Below are positions 27,448 through 40,859 of a stretch of DNA of 64,000 bases, piece by piece. Position 1 is the first letter of the stretch; every line of letters starts with the position of its first letter. Under the pieces are notes generated by a model. That model was given only the letters and a program-made list of their open reading frames with translations, ran no database searches and was not told where the DNA came from. Source of the stretch: Lytechinus pictus (Eukaryota). Made by a program: the position numbers and the translations under genes. The DNA is taken from assembly GCF_037042905.1 (NCBI RefSeq), contig NC_087256.1, positions 24,490,001 through 24,554,000 of the forward strand, given 5' to 3'.

Positions 27448-30400
27448 ATGTCCAAGAAGAAGCTTCATAATCCCATGAATTTCTTCCAAGAAAACCGTGG
27501 AGTAAATCAACAAAGAGCACTGGATACAGCACTCGTAGAATGTTGTCTGTCTGGAGATGACGATGCGGTGATCGACCTTTTGCAGAAGGGAGCCTCCCCG
27601 GAAGGAGAGGCGTATGCGATGACACAGATTGCGAGTGGGGAAAACTTCAAGCGGCCGCTGATGGCCGCAGTGATGAACGGGCACAAGAAGATTGCGCAGC
27701 TGTTGTTAGACAATGGAGGTATGATACTTAATACTAATAGAGTGTTATTGATTTTGGTTATTTTAGAACTGAATTCATAAAAACAAATCATCTTGCACTC
27801 TGTCTAGTCTCTCTTGATTAAACATTTGTCATTTCAGTTTCACTTGTTTTGAACCGTTTGAACGTCTTTCAATCGTGTTTTTTTATTTTTGGATTCAACT
27901 TTTTAAAATCTGCCAAAGGCAAAGTGAAAGTTTTTTTTAAAAAGTCAGTCATTTGATGATTTGCATTTATTGTATTGACATATATCAAAAACAGACTTTA
28001 TTTTGAACACAAATAATCAATGTGAATTATTTCCTTTGATGTTACCTTTCCTTTGTCTTGACTTTGAGTTTGATCTCTCCACTTCTAATACTTACATGTA
28101 TAGTGACTCCTTTTATCATCTCAAGTCATGCTGAACATTTTTATCTCCTCTCTGCTTCATAATACATATTAAAGAAGTCTTTAAATTGCCATCCTTCACC
28201 TCCTGCCTTTCATTCCTCATGCAATAGTTACAATGTTCTTTTCTTCATGTTCATTCAATGGTTCAGTTGATTCACTCTCAATGGTTTAGCATTTAGAAAT
28301 TAATAGTAAAATTAAAGTAATGTTTATTCATAGCTCATTTATATTAATTAGAAAGTCATTTATATTCATGTTCTTCCTTTTGTATACAAATCATCTTAAT
28401 TTTTTACAATTCTAAAAAAAAAAATGTTTATGCAAATAAATCTCGAGGGAGATCAGTACACCATCTCAAGGCAGATCACCTCAGGCAAGCACAGAGTAAG
28501 AATGTGTTATGTTAAAACTCTGTAGGGACATACCATGCCCGTATAGCCCCAGGCCAACCTCCAGATAGAAAAAATAATTGCAAACCATACAATATGCTGA
28601 CATGACTTTGATGAAATCATGTGTTCATCTTCTGTTTTAAATTTAATCTTCAACTATAAAGGCTTTAGTGTTTAGGATGGATGGACTGATCAAATAGAAA
28701 TTTCGTTGTAAGCAAAATTATTACCTACAATTTCTTTTTAAAAAGAAATTGTAGGGCATAATTTTGCTTACAACATTTGATTTATATATTTTGGGTCATA
28801 AGAGAAAAGTTCATAGTTCTGCAATCTGATGTACAGTCCTATGTAGAAAATCTGCTACACCTATTATTACACTTTTTGTGTAGTGCTCAGTCTTTTAAAA
28901 TGTGGAGCAAATTGTGATGTGATACTAGGAAAATTATTCCCTGAATTGATAAGCAATATTTCACATATGGGCTATTCCACGGTTACCCACGTTACATTTG
29001 GAGACACCTTGACTCATACTTGGAGCTGTAACTCCATTATTATTGATAGGAACTAAACATCTCTTTATCACAACAAAGTACGCAGTCTGACTATCCTTTG
29101 TATTTAAAAACAAAACTTGGGAAATTTTATTATGCTCCTGGCAAATCTTTGAAATGTGTCGGTTACTCATGTTACATGATTTGGACATGCATAAAATGAA
29201 ATGTCGACATACACCTGTAAGTGAAAAGTGACCTCATGGCTTTTATGAAAGTTGATTATATCCATTTCAAAGAAGTATATTAGGGAGACAAACTTTGTAT
29301 ATAATTAAAAAAATAAAGAACACATGGGTCTTACTAGGGGTGCAGATAAAGTGGTTACTCACATTACGGTTACGTTACATTTTGTCCATGTATGGTCAAC
29401 AACATAAATGTCACTAAAAATTCAATAAAGTGTGTAAGATTCATGTTTCTGTTCTGTAATAATATGAGTAGGATTTTAGACACCAGTTTATGTTTAAAGG
29501 TAACATTCTGAATAAGTTTCCTCCTCTTTTACTTATTGGTCAGTATATTAGTAATGTATTAACTAAACTGTACGAGATCTGGCTTGGGCTGTGTAAATCA
29601 AAAAATGTTAAACAAATGCATTCCATTTCTTGCCTCAAGCCTTCAACATCCATTAAAGAACCAGCAATAAGTATAAGTAAGGCAAACACAATTAAAATGT
29701 ACAGTTCAGATGGGCTACCTATTGAATTATAATTTTTAAGCTCATGTCCACCAACCTATGGAATTGCCCATATTGCTTTAGACTTTGTTTGGACAATATT
29801 GCAAGTAACAACTAACGAACATTTATTTGTCATAAGTTGTGCTGTTTTCTGACTATTGTTTAGTCAAGATGCAACTAACATGTATGCTACGCTCACAAAT
29901 ACCTTTACAACTACCATACGAACGATTTTGTCTTGCCTGCATACAGCAGAGCGGGACTATAGGTGCTGCTTTTCTGACAACAATGGCAGCGTCAACATTA
30001 AATCTTAACCTAAGGTTAAGTTTTTGAAATGCCATCATAACTAAGGAAGTACTGTATTTGGACCTAGTTCTTAAATTTAGCCAAAAAGGGTAATTAGGTA
30101 TTACTGAACATCCTTCCTGAGTTTCCGGTCACATGACCAATGTCAAATGCCATTTAGGGTCAATGAACTTTGGCCATGTAGGGGGTATTTCTTGATTTCC
30201 TTCATAATTTTGAAAGTTGGATCTGGTTCTTGAAACTTGGACATAAGAGTAATCAAGTATCATTAAACATCTTTTGTGAGTTTCAGGTCATACGACCAAG
30301 GTCAAAGATCATTTAGGGTCAATGAATTTAGATTATGTTCAAAGATTCAAAATGAAATCTTAACCAAGGTTAAGTTTTTGAAATGTCATAACTTTGAAAG

Positions 30401-33400
30401 TATATTATGGATCTAGTTAATGAAACTTGGACTTAAGAGTAATCAAGCATCAGTGAACATCCTGTGTGATTTTCAGGTCACATTACCAAGGTATATGAAC
30501 TTTGGCTGTGTTGGGGGTAATTGTTGCATTGCCATCATAACTTTGACAGTTTATGGATCTAGTTCATGAAATGAGGACATAATAATTAATCAAGTATCAC
30601 CGATCGTCTTGCACAAGTCTTCGCTCACACGATCAATGTCAACTGTCATTTAGGGTCAACGAACATAGTATTTTATTACCGGTATCATATGAATGGTGTT
30701 TTTGTGAATAATTATTCTGTAGTCGTTTTCAAATTCAGCACTGCTGCTATGTTGAATGCAGGCGAAACTGCCAGAGGCACTCCACTTGTTATAAATGGTA
30801 CAGTATGTAAAGGTATTTGTGACCATAGCATTGATTGAGGCTTGTGGAAATAAACTGGACAAGAAGAGCCCACCCCCCCCCCCCCCCCGGCCTCCACAAT
30901 CTTACTACATTTATAGTTCCACGTTCTTTTAAAATTTATTTGATACAGCTGATCCGTGTGGTGTGAACAGGTACCATGTCCAGCCCATCCATCTTGCTGC
31001 CCATGCCGGTCACAGAGATTGTGTGACTCTGCTTCTCAATGCTGGAGCAAATGCTAACGCGGAGACTTCGGACTTCAATGCGCCTGGTGTCTACAAAAGT
31101 GAGCTTGAAATAGTTCAATTTTGTTGTAAATATTGGTAAAAAGAAGAATCTTTTGTCATGCATTTGACAATTTTTATCTGATGGATACACTTATTTTGTC
31201 TTGAAAGAATAGAATCTTTGAAATTACAAGTACATGCAAAGACATGATAATTGTAGGTTATTATTGATTTATGGCCTCATTGACAGTCAAGATAATGCTA
31301 ATGCAGAGATTTCTGATTTTTATCAAGTCAAATATTTTGACATTAAACAGACAAGTTTCAATACATTTTTATCTTGAAAAACTAAAATTCTTAAAAATTG
31401 TAAGTAAAATTTCAAGAATTGTATGCTTTTAATGCAAATGTAATGGCCTGAATTACTACTGATATGTGACTCTATATCTCATTTTTCAACTTTCTTTTTC
31501 AAATTGTATTTTTGGGGACAAAAGCCAACCAGACCTACAATTTAAATTAAGGGGTCACCTAATGGTTTTTGCACCATGGAAAGAAAACAAAATCACAAAG
31601 GACAATATGAATAAAATAACACCAACCAGTAAAACAAACAAACAAACCTGCACTTTATGTTTGTGTTCAATAACATATTTTTATCATTTGTCAGTACAAG
31701 GCCCCATCTTACTAAGTGTTGCAATTGATCCGATCAATCGCAAACTATGGACGGCCAGCAATGTCAACATGTATTAAACATGTTTGTTCAAAATATTTTC
31801 TAGCTATGTGTATTCATGCATTAATTGTTTTCTTAAAAAATTCACTCTGCTTTTCTTTATTTACAAAGGACATTGTGTAAATTTCCTGTAGAAAAATTTA
31901 TGACACTGATGGATTTCCATAGAGTTACGATTGATTGGATCAATCGTAACTCTTTGTAAGATGGGCCCCAGGGGTATAAATTGTATAAACAGGAAATGTA
32001 AGAAAAGAATGTCACATCTTTGTTTGCAGAGCCATTTCGAGGAGGGACCACACCCTTACACATGGCAGCCAAGTTGAACCGCAGCGACTGCATTGAAGAG
32101 TTGGTACAACAAGGCCATGCTGATCTTGACAAGAAAGACGTGATTGGAATGAATTGTCTGAACACTGCATGCCAACTTGGCCACGAAGAGAGTGCTCTCA
32201 CCATTCTTAGGCTGTCTCGAGAAAAGAAGATAGCGGCTAAGTCATCGATAGGCACAGGTTAGTTTAAGTGAGGTTGCATGACATACTGAGAATACTGAGA
32301 TACAGTGATGCAAATAATGACTTCATTTGGATTATCAATATCTGAAACTCATCTGTTCTATTAATTCAGATAACAAAACTACCTCAAAATAGTACAATAA
32401 ATCAGCAACGGAAATCTAAAAGGTCCCGACATTATCCTTGATCCTGTTCAGTGTTATAGCTGCAGCGGTCGGGCCCAACATGCACAGATGATATCTGGCC
32501 ACCATTCTTCATGACCACCACTAATTTTTGTCTCACCTGCATAGCAGAGTGAGACTATAGGCGCCGCTTTTCCGACGGCGGCGGCGGCGTCAACACCAAA
32601 TCTTAACCTGAGGTTAAGTTTTTGAAATGACAGCATAACTTAGAAAGTATATGGACCTAGTTCATGAAACTTGGCCATAAGGTTAATCAAGTATTACTGA
32701 ACATCCTGCCTGAGTTTCACATCACATGACCAAGGTCAAAGGTCATTTAGGGTCAATGAACTTAGACCATGTTGGGGGAATCAACATCAAAATCTTAACC
32801 TAAGGTTAAGTTTTTGAAATGTCATCATAACTTAGAAAATATATGGACCTAGTTCATGAAACTTATACATAAGGTTAATCAAGTATCACTGAACATCCTG
32901 CATGAGTTTCACATCACATGACCAAGGTCAAAGGTCATTTAGGGTCAATGAACTTTGGCCGAATTAGGGGTATCTGTTGAATTACCATCATAACTTTGAA
33001 AGTTTATGGATCTGATTCATGAAACTTGGACATAATAGTAATCAAGTATTACTGAACATCCTGTGCAAGTTTCAGGTCACATGATCAAGGTCAAAGGTCA
33101 TTTAGGGTCAATGAACTTTGGCCAAATTGGGGTATTTGTTGAATTACAGCCATAAATTTGAAAGTGTGTTGGTCTAGTTCATAAAACCTGGACATAATAG
33201 TAATCAAGTATCACTGAACATCCTGTGCGAGTTTCAGGTCACATGATCAAGGTCAAAGGTCATGTAAGGTCAAAGAACTTTGGCCACATTGGGGGTATTT
33301 GTTGAATTGCCATCATATCTCTATAAGTGTATTGGTCTAGTTCATAAAACGTGGAAATAAGAGTAACCAAGTATCACTGAACATCTTGTGCGAGTTATAG

Positions 33401-35634
33401 TAGTTTTCAAAATCAGCACTGCTGCTATATTGAATCGCGTGATGCAGGTGAGACGGCCAGAGGCATTCCACTTGTTAATGATAAGTGTTTCAAACCCAAC
33501 TCCTTGCAACGAAGAATTGTAATTTCATTTGTATATTTGATTACAAAAAATTACTCTTCAAAGATTTGACAATTTCTAAGAGTCACTATGTTCATTCACT
33601 TTCAGCTTTTAGATAAGTAACTCAGCCTATAAAACTTTTTGTTGCTGTCAAGTTGTGACCACCACTAAAAGCGACCGCACACCTTACGACCGGTCTGCGA
33701 CCCGATTTTGGAACAAATCGCATTTTGCTCAATTTCTGAAGATGTGAATGGAACATATCATTTTATTTGAGGTTAAAATTAATTGAAATAATAATATTAT
33801 AACCATTTTGAAAGATTGCAAGCCCTTATTTTGGAGTAAAGACCAAATTAGTTACAAATTGTAGCCAATTGTACGACTGCTATGACGTCATTACGACTAG
33901 ATATTAAATTCGCTTTTATTCTAAGAAGGATGATAGCATAGTCACAAATTTGATCATAGGTATTCGTTCGATGATTTAGAACATTACACGGTAAGATATT
34001 CCAAGTCTCAATATTAGCATCAAATTCTACTACATTTTATTCTGAAATCGGGTCGCAGACCAGTCGTAAGGTGTGCGGTCGCCATAAGAAGTCTCTAGCT
34101 TGGACAGTGATTGTATTAATGGGAAAAGTGTCAGGGTCATAAAGATATCATGTTCATCCATTTTCCTAATAATTTCTCTAAACTACTTCTAGGTCTCGAT
34201 TGAGGCGATGGCTATTAAATCCAAATTATTTATTTTTTTAATCATATCCCCCCCCCCACCACCCCATTAGGAAATAGCCCACTCCATGACTGCGTACGTT
34301 GTGGCCTTCTGAAAGCGACAAAGGCTCTTTTAGACTACGGGGTCGAGGTGAACGCAGCTAATCCAACTGGTTATACTCCGCTGCACTTTGCTATGATACA
34401 AACAAGTGATGCTGGACCAGATCTTATACGAACTCTCATACTGCATGGCCGCGATATTGAGGTCAACCTTCCGAATAGAAAAGGTAAATGTCTTCTCAGG
34501 CCCCTGGTACACATGCGTCAGGTTTGAAGCCGGCTCCAACGCCAGCTTTGGAACTGCCTTCACGCCTGCAGTTTGATGCCGCCTCAGGATCATTATACCC
34601 CCTGTTAAACATGGTCCGAGTCCTGCAGTTGGGTGTCTACACTTAAGCTGGCTTCATGTTGCCTATTCACGTGACACGAGTCACCTGACTTTTCATGTAA
34701 ACATTATGAATAGTTCTTGTACGGGTGGTTAGCTGTAAGTATTGTTCGCTATCACGTCAATCCCATTGTAGAAATACAAAATTAATAGTTCAAAGGTCAC
34801 TTTGGGTTGATACACGTACCAATTGCAGAACTGAAACTGGAGTGACAGTGGCTTCAAACCACATCCAGAGATTGACTCGGTCCGAGCTGGCGTCAGTACA
34901 GCTTTTAAAAACAGGGTGTTGCACTTACATTGAGCCGCCTCCAGGGCCGGCTTTATGCAGTTTGTTTGCAATTATTGTTTTATTATTTGATATTTTTTCA
35001 TTGAAATTCACAGGTCATAAATTATTCATCTAATATCGTATTGATATTGTATGATGATTATTTTCAATGTAATGAATTTGATTATTGTTACGAGTATAAT
35101 GTGTACCTGGAAATGAAATAAAATAAAACTAGATTTAAATTCGTCATGCGGACGAATTAGGTGGTCTGTCGTAGAAAGATAAATACTAGTAGATAAACAG
35201 ACATAATTACTTAAACAAAAGAGTTGATATTAGATTGAAAGATAAATAGACAGTCAGATAAGAGACATACATATTTAAACAGATACACATAAGAAAAGAT
35301 AGATAAATAGATAGATGGATGGAGAGATAAATGATAAGTGGATAGATTAATAGAAGAAAGGTAGATAGATAGAACATAGATAGATAGAAAATAGACAGAG
35401 AGACAGACAGACAGACAGACATACAGATAGATAGATAGATAGATAGATAGACAGATAGATAGATAGATATATATAAACAGATAAATACGTATTAGATACG
35501 TATCAGAACATATTTAAATAGATACACAAAAGAAAGATAAATAAATAGATAGATGGATGGAGATATAAATGATAAGTGGATAGATTAATAGAATAAAAGT
35601 AGATAATAATATCTTGATATATAGATAGACAGAC

Positions 35635-35666
<32 letters not shown>

Positions 35667-37978
35667 GGATGGATAGACGGACAGACATATCGATAGATAG
35701 ATAGAGTGAAAGAGAGAGAGAGACAGATAGATAGATAGAAAGATATACATATTCAAATAGATAGATATATATTAAACAGAGAGATAGACAGATAGATAGA
35801 TATGTCATGTAGGTAGATAGATAGACAGACAGATAGATAGATAGAAAGATAGATAGATTTATAACATAGATAGCGGATAGATAGACGGATATGATTAGAT
35901 AGATATAATATGAAAAAAGTAATTATAATCTGTTTTATTTTGCAATATTTTAACTATTATTCATTGGAATTCTTATAAATAATCGCGCGCAAGATAGTTT
36001 AAAAAAAAAAAATCATGTTCACCCCCGGACTCGAACCCCTGCCCACATGACTGAATGAGATGCAAGTCTGACGCCGATTGAGCTACAATATTTGCCATAG
36101 ACTTTACACGTATGCAAAATACGAGAATCTCAAATCCAATTTTGCAAGTGAAATACGGGCATGATCCCGGCATCTGATCGGAAAATGAAGGCAACACTGG
36201 CGAAAGCTTAGAATCTCAGCTACAACATACTAAAAGCTCAGGGATAACTGACAAGAAAAAATGGAGATATGGCTCATGAAATAGAGGAATGTAGAATCTA
36301 GTTTTTAGAAAAAGTCATGTCCCATAGAGATTACACGCATAATTAGTAAAAATGACATGCCTTTATTATTTGCAATTTTTCAGGATGATCCGTTGATCAA
36401 AATGAAAAATAAATTAGAAAGAGTAAGACCTAAGCTACAACATATCCAAAATTGGGCGGAAATTGATCAATATTCATGGAGTTAGAGCCAAATTTGCATA
36501 ATTATTATGACGTCATAACACGCAAAATGGTTATTTTGTCATAATATACGTTAGGGTCCAATGAGACATGAAATCATATGTATGATTCAAAATTGGGGTC
36601 CCCGTTCGTTCTGAAGAGCTACAGTGAATTTTTAATAGGCATGTTTTTGCCCATATAGAGCCTATTGAAATAGCTCGCGGGCACGCGTGCTGCAAACTTT
36701 AATGGGTGCTCATTCCCTCATTAATGATCGTAGAGAGCTGATTGAGGTATCAATTTGATCAGAATTATATCATTGATGAAAACACAGAGAAAAAACAGCA
36801 AATTTATGCTACGTAACACCGTTACGCACGAAAACGCGCGCAGAAATGCTTAAAATGACCTGAAACGTACCCAAAATTAATTATAGGCCATTTTGAGCAT
36901 TTTTCAATTTTTCATGACCTTTGATGGCATCGACAGTTAACCTTTGACCTAAAGTTTATTTGATGTAAATATGACTGATTATTGATTATCCGTTATGTAG
37001 ATATGATGAAATAAATCATTTTACAAAATGGCGCCTAGATGACGTCATCATAACTTGATGAACTTGAAAAGCTAGGTATGCCGTTTCTGTGATAGACTTT
37101 ATATATGACGAAAAATTCAGCAAAATTGATATAGCCGATTTGTAGAAAAGTTGGCGACAAACATAGGTGCGAAAAAGAAATAAAGAAATAAATAAAGAAA
37201 ATTCTGACAAAATTAAGAGGTGATCTGTCAGAGACAGACCACCTAATGAATACATAAATAATATCTAGATTTTCAGGATTTGTACAAGTTTCGTTTTATT
37301 GCATTCTTGTAGGCTGTTTCAAGCGTTTTGTGATAAAGTGCGTTTATACGTTTATACAAGTAATTTACTAGTAGAAGGATATTTTATTATGCGATTCCTG
37401 GGATAGATCTGATTTATGTGTGTACTGTAATTTTCCTGACATGCAGTATCAACATCACACTGGTCTGTGCTATATTTTTTTTAGGATTAAAACCTCTTCA
37501 TCTTGTGGCCTTCAAGTCGGACGGAAGAGAGCACTTTCATCACGTACACACCATAGAGTATCACATGTCCCGTGATCATATAACCCTTGACCCCGGCCGA
37601 CCTCGCTATGACCCAGAACTGACCTGCTTCTTGCTGCAGTACGGAGCAGACTTCAACATCGAGTATCACGGCAGGTCGTTGTTACAACAGGAGATCTACA
37701 ACAAAGATGATGACGATGATGATGATGTCATCTTAGATACTATCTTGCGAGCGACGGACTCCTTTGAGATACCCCACCACCCCAGTCCGAGGGATAGCCA
37801 AATGTCAAGGGATTTAGAGAGATTGACCATGCTGCGGACTCTGTTCTCTAACCCGAGACCGCTCCAACATCTGTGCCGTCTTCGCGTCAGGAGGCTCCTC
37901 AGACCGACACGTCTTAATAGAGTCGGGGAGCTGGCTGTTCCCGATCGCCTCAAGGAATACATCCTCTTAAAATGTTGA
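27448..37978 (+). CDS. Ankyrin repeat and SOCS box-containing protein (ASB family), complete, 451 aa: join 27448..27718, 30949..31098, 32030..32257, 34271..34483, 37485..37978
   Basis: 1356-nt open frame with four phase-1 GT-AG introns. Multiple ankyrin repeats (RPLMAAVMNGHKKIAQLLLDNGAD, QPIHLAAHAGHRDCVTLLLNAGANAN, GTTPLHMAA, GNSPLHDC, GYTPLHFA, GLKPLHLV) and a C-terminal SOCS box (NPRPLQHLCRLRVRRLL...LAVPDRLKEYILL). Paralog cannot be assigned. Confidence 0.92.
28969..29769. mobile_element. Non-autonomous DNA transposon with 4-bp TSD (Sola2-like)
   Basis: TIR GGGCTATTCCA / TGGAATTGCCC, TSD ATAT on both sides, internal GTTACAT repeats. Confidence 0.7.
29926..30790 (+). mobile_element. HINE copy 3 (diverged), in ASB intron 1
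   Basis: GTCTTGCCTGCAT ... ATGCAGGCGAAAC subTIRs, related internal repeats, 3' end GCCAGAGGCACTCCACTTGTT. Confidence 0.75.
31700..31968. mobile_element. ~270-bp GGCCC-ended MITE (PIF/Harbinger-like), copy 1
   Basis: TIR GGCCCCATCTTAC..TTGCAATTGATCC / GGATCAATCGTAACTCTTTGTAAGATGGGCCC. Homologous to copies at 41435 and 44615, in the opposite orientation. Confidence 0.75.
32525..33476 (+). mobile_element. Helentron-associated non-autonomous element (HINE, DINE-1/pearl/Tsp-like), copy 1, in ASB intron 3
   Basis: Subterminal inverted repeat GTCTCACCTGCAT (32530-32542) / ATGCAGGTGAGAC (33442-33454), 5' hairpin, (GGC)n microsatellite, internal ~180-bp tandem units, T-rich flanks, no long TSD. Confidence 0.8.
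33669..34084. mobile_element. PIF/Harbinger-like MITE with TAA TSD
   Basis: ~38-bp TIR GCGACCGCACACCTTACGACCGGTCTGCGACCCGATTT and its reverse complement, flanked by TAA. Confidence 0.8.
35127..37247 (-). mobile_element. Second HINE family (2.1 kb) carrying a (GATA)n array and a tRNA-like Pol III unit, in ASB intron 4
   Basis: 15-bp subTIR ATTAGGTGGTCTGTC (35156-35170) / GACAGACCACCTAAT (37233-37247), hairpin AATTCGTC-atgcg-GACGAATT (35138-35158), and a CTAGT 3' end on the minus strand. Confidence 0.75.
35200..35910. repeat. (GATA/GACA)n compound microsatellite
   Basis: Direct reading; lies inside the minus-strand HINE. Confidence 0.9.
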
Positions 37979-39664
37979 GTATGCAATTATTGTCACAGCG
38001 GATAAAATCCACTTAAAACATTTCAATATTTATTGGATTATCATGGTATACATGAATTTGTGTATGAAGGTATGTATTTAAGCAGGCATGCAAAGAGATC
38101 TGACCTATATGAGGACTTTCAGTCAGAAGTTCAAAGTCTTATATCTGACTTTGTCCCCATTGAACAGGATGGCAGGGTTCACCTCCCTCTGGCATATTTG
38201 AGTTGATGATGATGTTATTATATTATGTTATAAAATGAACCATTTTTAATGAAAAGAGACTTTTGATGGAGAATAGAATTCACGTAGGAATAGTGATCTG
38301 ACGTGTACATTTTATTTCAGAACTGGCATTGGGAAAATGTTGAGATTTTTAACTGCTTTTAGTCGAGAATCCATCTATTTTTAATTTTTTTTTTTTTTTT
38401 TGGTAATAGTTTTCAAGTTCCTCTTTTAAAGAATTTTTTTCATGAGCTCTTCAGTGTACTTGCAGCAATTCCAGAATGCTATGACTTGTTGCTGCAAATC
38501 TGTTCAGCTTGCGGTCAAGTGCACCGAGCCATGTCAAGTTCGGAAGTTGACTTGAGATGTCTTTGAAATGTCTTTGCCATGAAACACTATTACAAGTGCT
38601 TCTAAAAAGTAAACCATCAACAACTCGCCATACTAACTTGCCTCTGTGTGTGTGAAAGTGGTATAGGTTTCCAAGTCTTCCAGGTCTGTTGCTTAAGTCT
38701 GTATCGTGAAGAGATTATCCTTGGTTATAAATAAAACTGATGATTTTATGTGACCGCAATTGATTCAACTCAAACTCAGATCAAGAATGATTTTAATTCA
38801 TATCTCTCAAGAAATCTAATTGAAATATCAATTTGATCTAGAATAAATTATAACTTTTGTAAAGAAAGGATCCAAATTGAATATAAAAGGTAAAGTCTAC
38901 CCCAAAATCTAGTCTCCTGTAAAAGTGAAAATTTTCACTGTGTGGAAATTTTCGCAGTAAAGAAATCCCCTCATCGTAATCCCCTCATCTTTGCAGCGAG
39001 CTCTATAATGATCTCATAATTTGTCCATAATTGGTAAAAATAACTTCCATTTTTCGACCTACTTTTCCTTCGATTTCAGTTGGGAAGGGGGAGTAACTGA
39101 TATATGTACCTGATGCCGAGCCATTGCAGATTCCCTCCCAGCCACCATGTGACTATGGCTGTTATTTTACAGTAACTCCTATCGAAATAACTCAGACGGT
39201 ATCACACATGATGACATACACGTAGCGGATGCCTATAATCTTCCCCATGAAAAAATACATTTGCATATTGAGACAACACAGTCCGCACCTAGACCATCCC
39301 CTCACGCCTGCATCCTCCATATGCTTCCCGGCTGTTTATTTCTGCCTTCAGGCTGAGAGACGAGACGCCTCGCTGCTGGGATGCTTGCCCCCTGACCTAG
39401 ACTCTCTTTTCTTATCCTTTTTTGGGGGATTTTATTTCATGTCTCATGACTCCAAATAATCAAGATAGCAGATAAATAATAATACAAAGTCCGTGAGAGA
39501 CCACACAAAAATGTTGGTCAGTTCACTCTCCATAAGTCTTGGGAATGGAGATGTGGATTAAAAGATTGACCTGGGAACAGTGGTCAGAACGGAAGTTGAG
39601 ATAATGATATGAGTGGAGGACTCTATAGAATCACAAGATGACTTGAATGTGTGGATCATTCCCC

Positions 39665-39870
39665 TTCTGTGTTGTATGCTCATTTGGAGTCTACTCTATT
39701 CCAAAATATACAGACGTTGTCACGTTGACCGTCTTGCTCTAGCCGATCGACGTCCTCCTTCCAAGGCGATCCTACACTGCTAGGCTTCAAGCTCTTCAGC
39801 TCTTCTAACATCGTTGACATAGCTGTCGTCACAGCATCCACAAGGAGAGGTTGAAGAGCCAGTAACGAGT
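39665..39870 (-). mobile_element. LINE ORF1-like fragment (coiled coil to RRM start)
   Basis: DVDRLEQDGQRDNVCIF, then frameshift, then GIE*TPNEHTTQK; resembles the ORF1 motif LEQYSRRNN.RIFGIPE..GE.T. Confidence 0.55.
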
Positions 39871-39946
39871 CTTATGATCATACAGTAACCGCCATATCCA
39901 CATTGTTACCATTTGGTTTTCTTATCTCTCCTTTTGCACCTGAAAA

Positions 39947-40125
39947 CAGCATCTTGACATTTTCTTGTGGGAAGTCAAGTATGCCAAGCGAGTTGATGGT
40001 CATCTTGGCAACACTGATTTGCTGAAGGAAGTCTGCAAATTTCCACAATCCGTTTGGGTCCCTGTCTGTGAACTAAGCTTGGCCACAAGTTTAGCTTCCT
40101 CATGAATTTGACAAAACAACACTAG
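39947..40125 (-). mobile_element. BEL/Pao LTR retrotransposon gag fragment
   Basis: Frameshifted RKLNLWP..RDPNGLWKFADFLQQISVAKMTINSLGILDFPQENVKML resembles the BEL gag consensus KLxxWPKI..RD..GLRKFSDFLQQ...EN.KML (recalled). Confidence 0.6.
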
Positions 40126-40487
40126 TTTACAGGCAAACCAAGTTTCTCTGCCCAGTAGGCCTTTTCAGCAAGTTTATTGTGTTTCTTGTCATTAACAGGA
40201 ACTTGCCTTTCTCTCAGAAATTGCTTGAGTTCAGCTGTATAAAAATGCTGAAATCTACAAACAGCGTCACCCATCGTGTTGGCCATGATTACAGGGTTCA
40301 GTCATGAAGTACAGTATAAGCATTCTAAAACTCCCATATTGAGCTTGAAAAAATGCTTGAGTTCAGCTGTAGAAAACTGATGAAATCTACGAACAGTGTC
40401 ACCCATCATGTTGGCCATGATTACAGGGTTCAGTCATGAAGTACAATAAGCATTCTAAAACTCCCAGATTGAGTTTGAAAAAATGCT
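40122..40487 (-). mobile_element. Truncated SAP-like ORF start, probably transposon-derived, with a ~132-bp tandem duplication
   Basis: ATG at 40286: MANTMGDAVCRFQHFYTAELKQFLRERQVPVNDKKHNKLAEKAYWAEKLGLPVN* shows a SAP-like LK.FL..R pattern. Segment ~40222-40353 is repeated at ~40354-40487. Confidence 0.45.
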
Positions 40488-40859
40488 TTGAAATTTCAGG
40501 TTAAAAAGAGGCTGAGTATTTAAGCTGTACTGTAGAAAATATATGACATTATATGGCATCAGCGCGGTTGAAAACGTGTTTGCCCCCGTTTCCTTCCCGT
40601 GATCTTCTGTGCGATATGTGCTCCCACGCAACAAGCACTATTTGCGATAACGTCGATTGGTGAGTGACTCCCTATCTCTCAGCTAGGCTGTATCAGTGCC
40701 AAGAAGAAGATAATGTTCTACAATTTTGTTTGATTTTCCAGGAATGGTGGTGTGCAACATGTTTAGTTTGGTTGCAGCTGCTGTCCTCAAAAAGATGATT
40801 TTATGAGTTTGGGGGATTGCGTTGCAGTCGATCCATCGCTTTTAAAAAATTGGGTCTCA

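Noticed and set aside
37973-38010. TGT-TGA at the ASB end followed by in-frame VCNYCHSG*, suggesting selenocysteine or readthrough
   Set aside because: The SOCS box ends naturally here, and I found no convincing SECIS (AUGA..AA..GA) in the downstream sequence.
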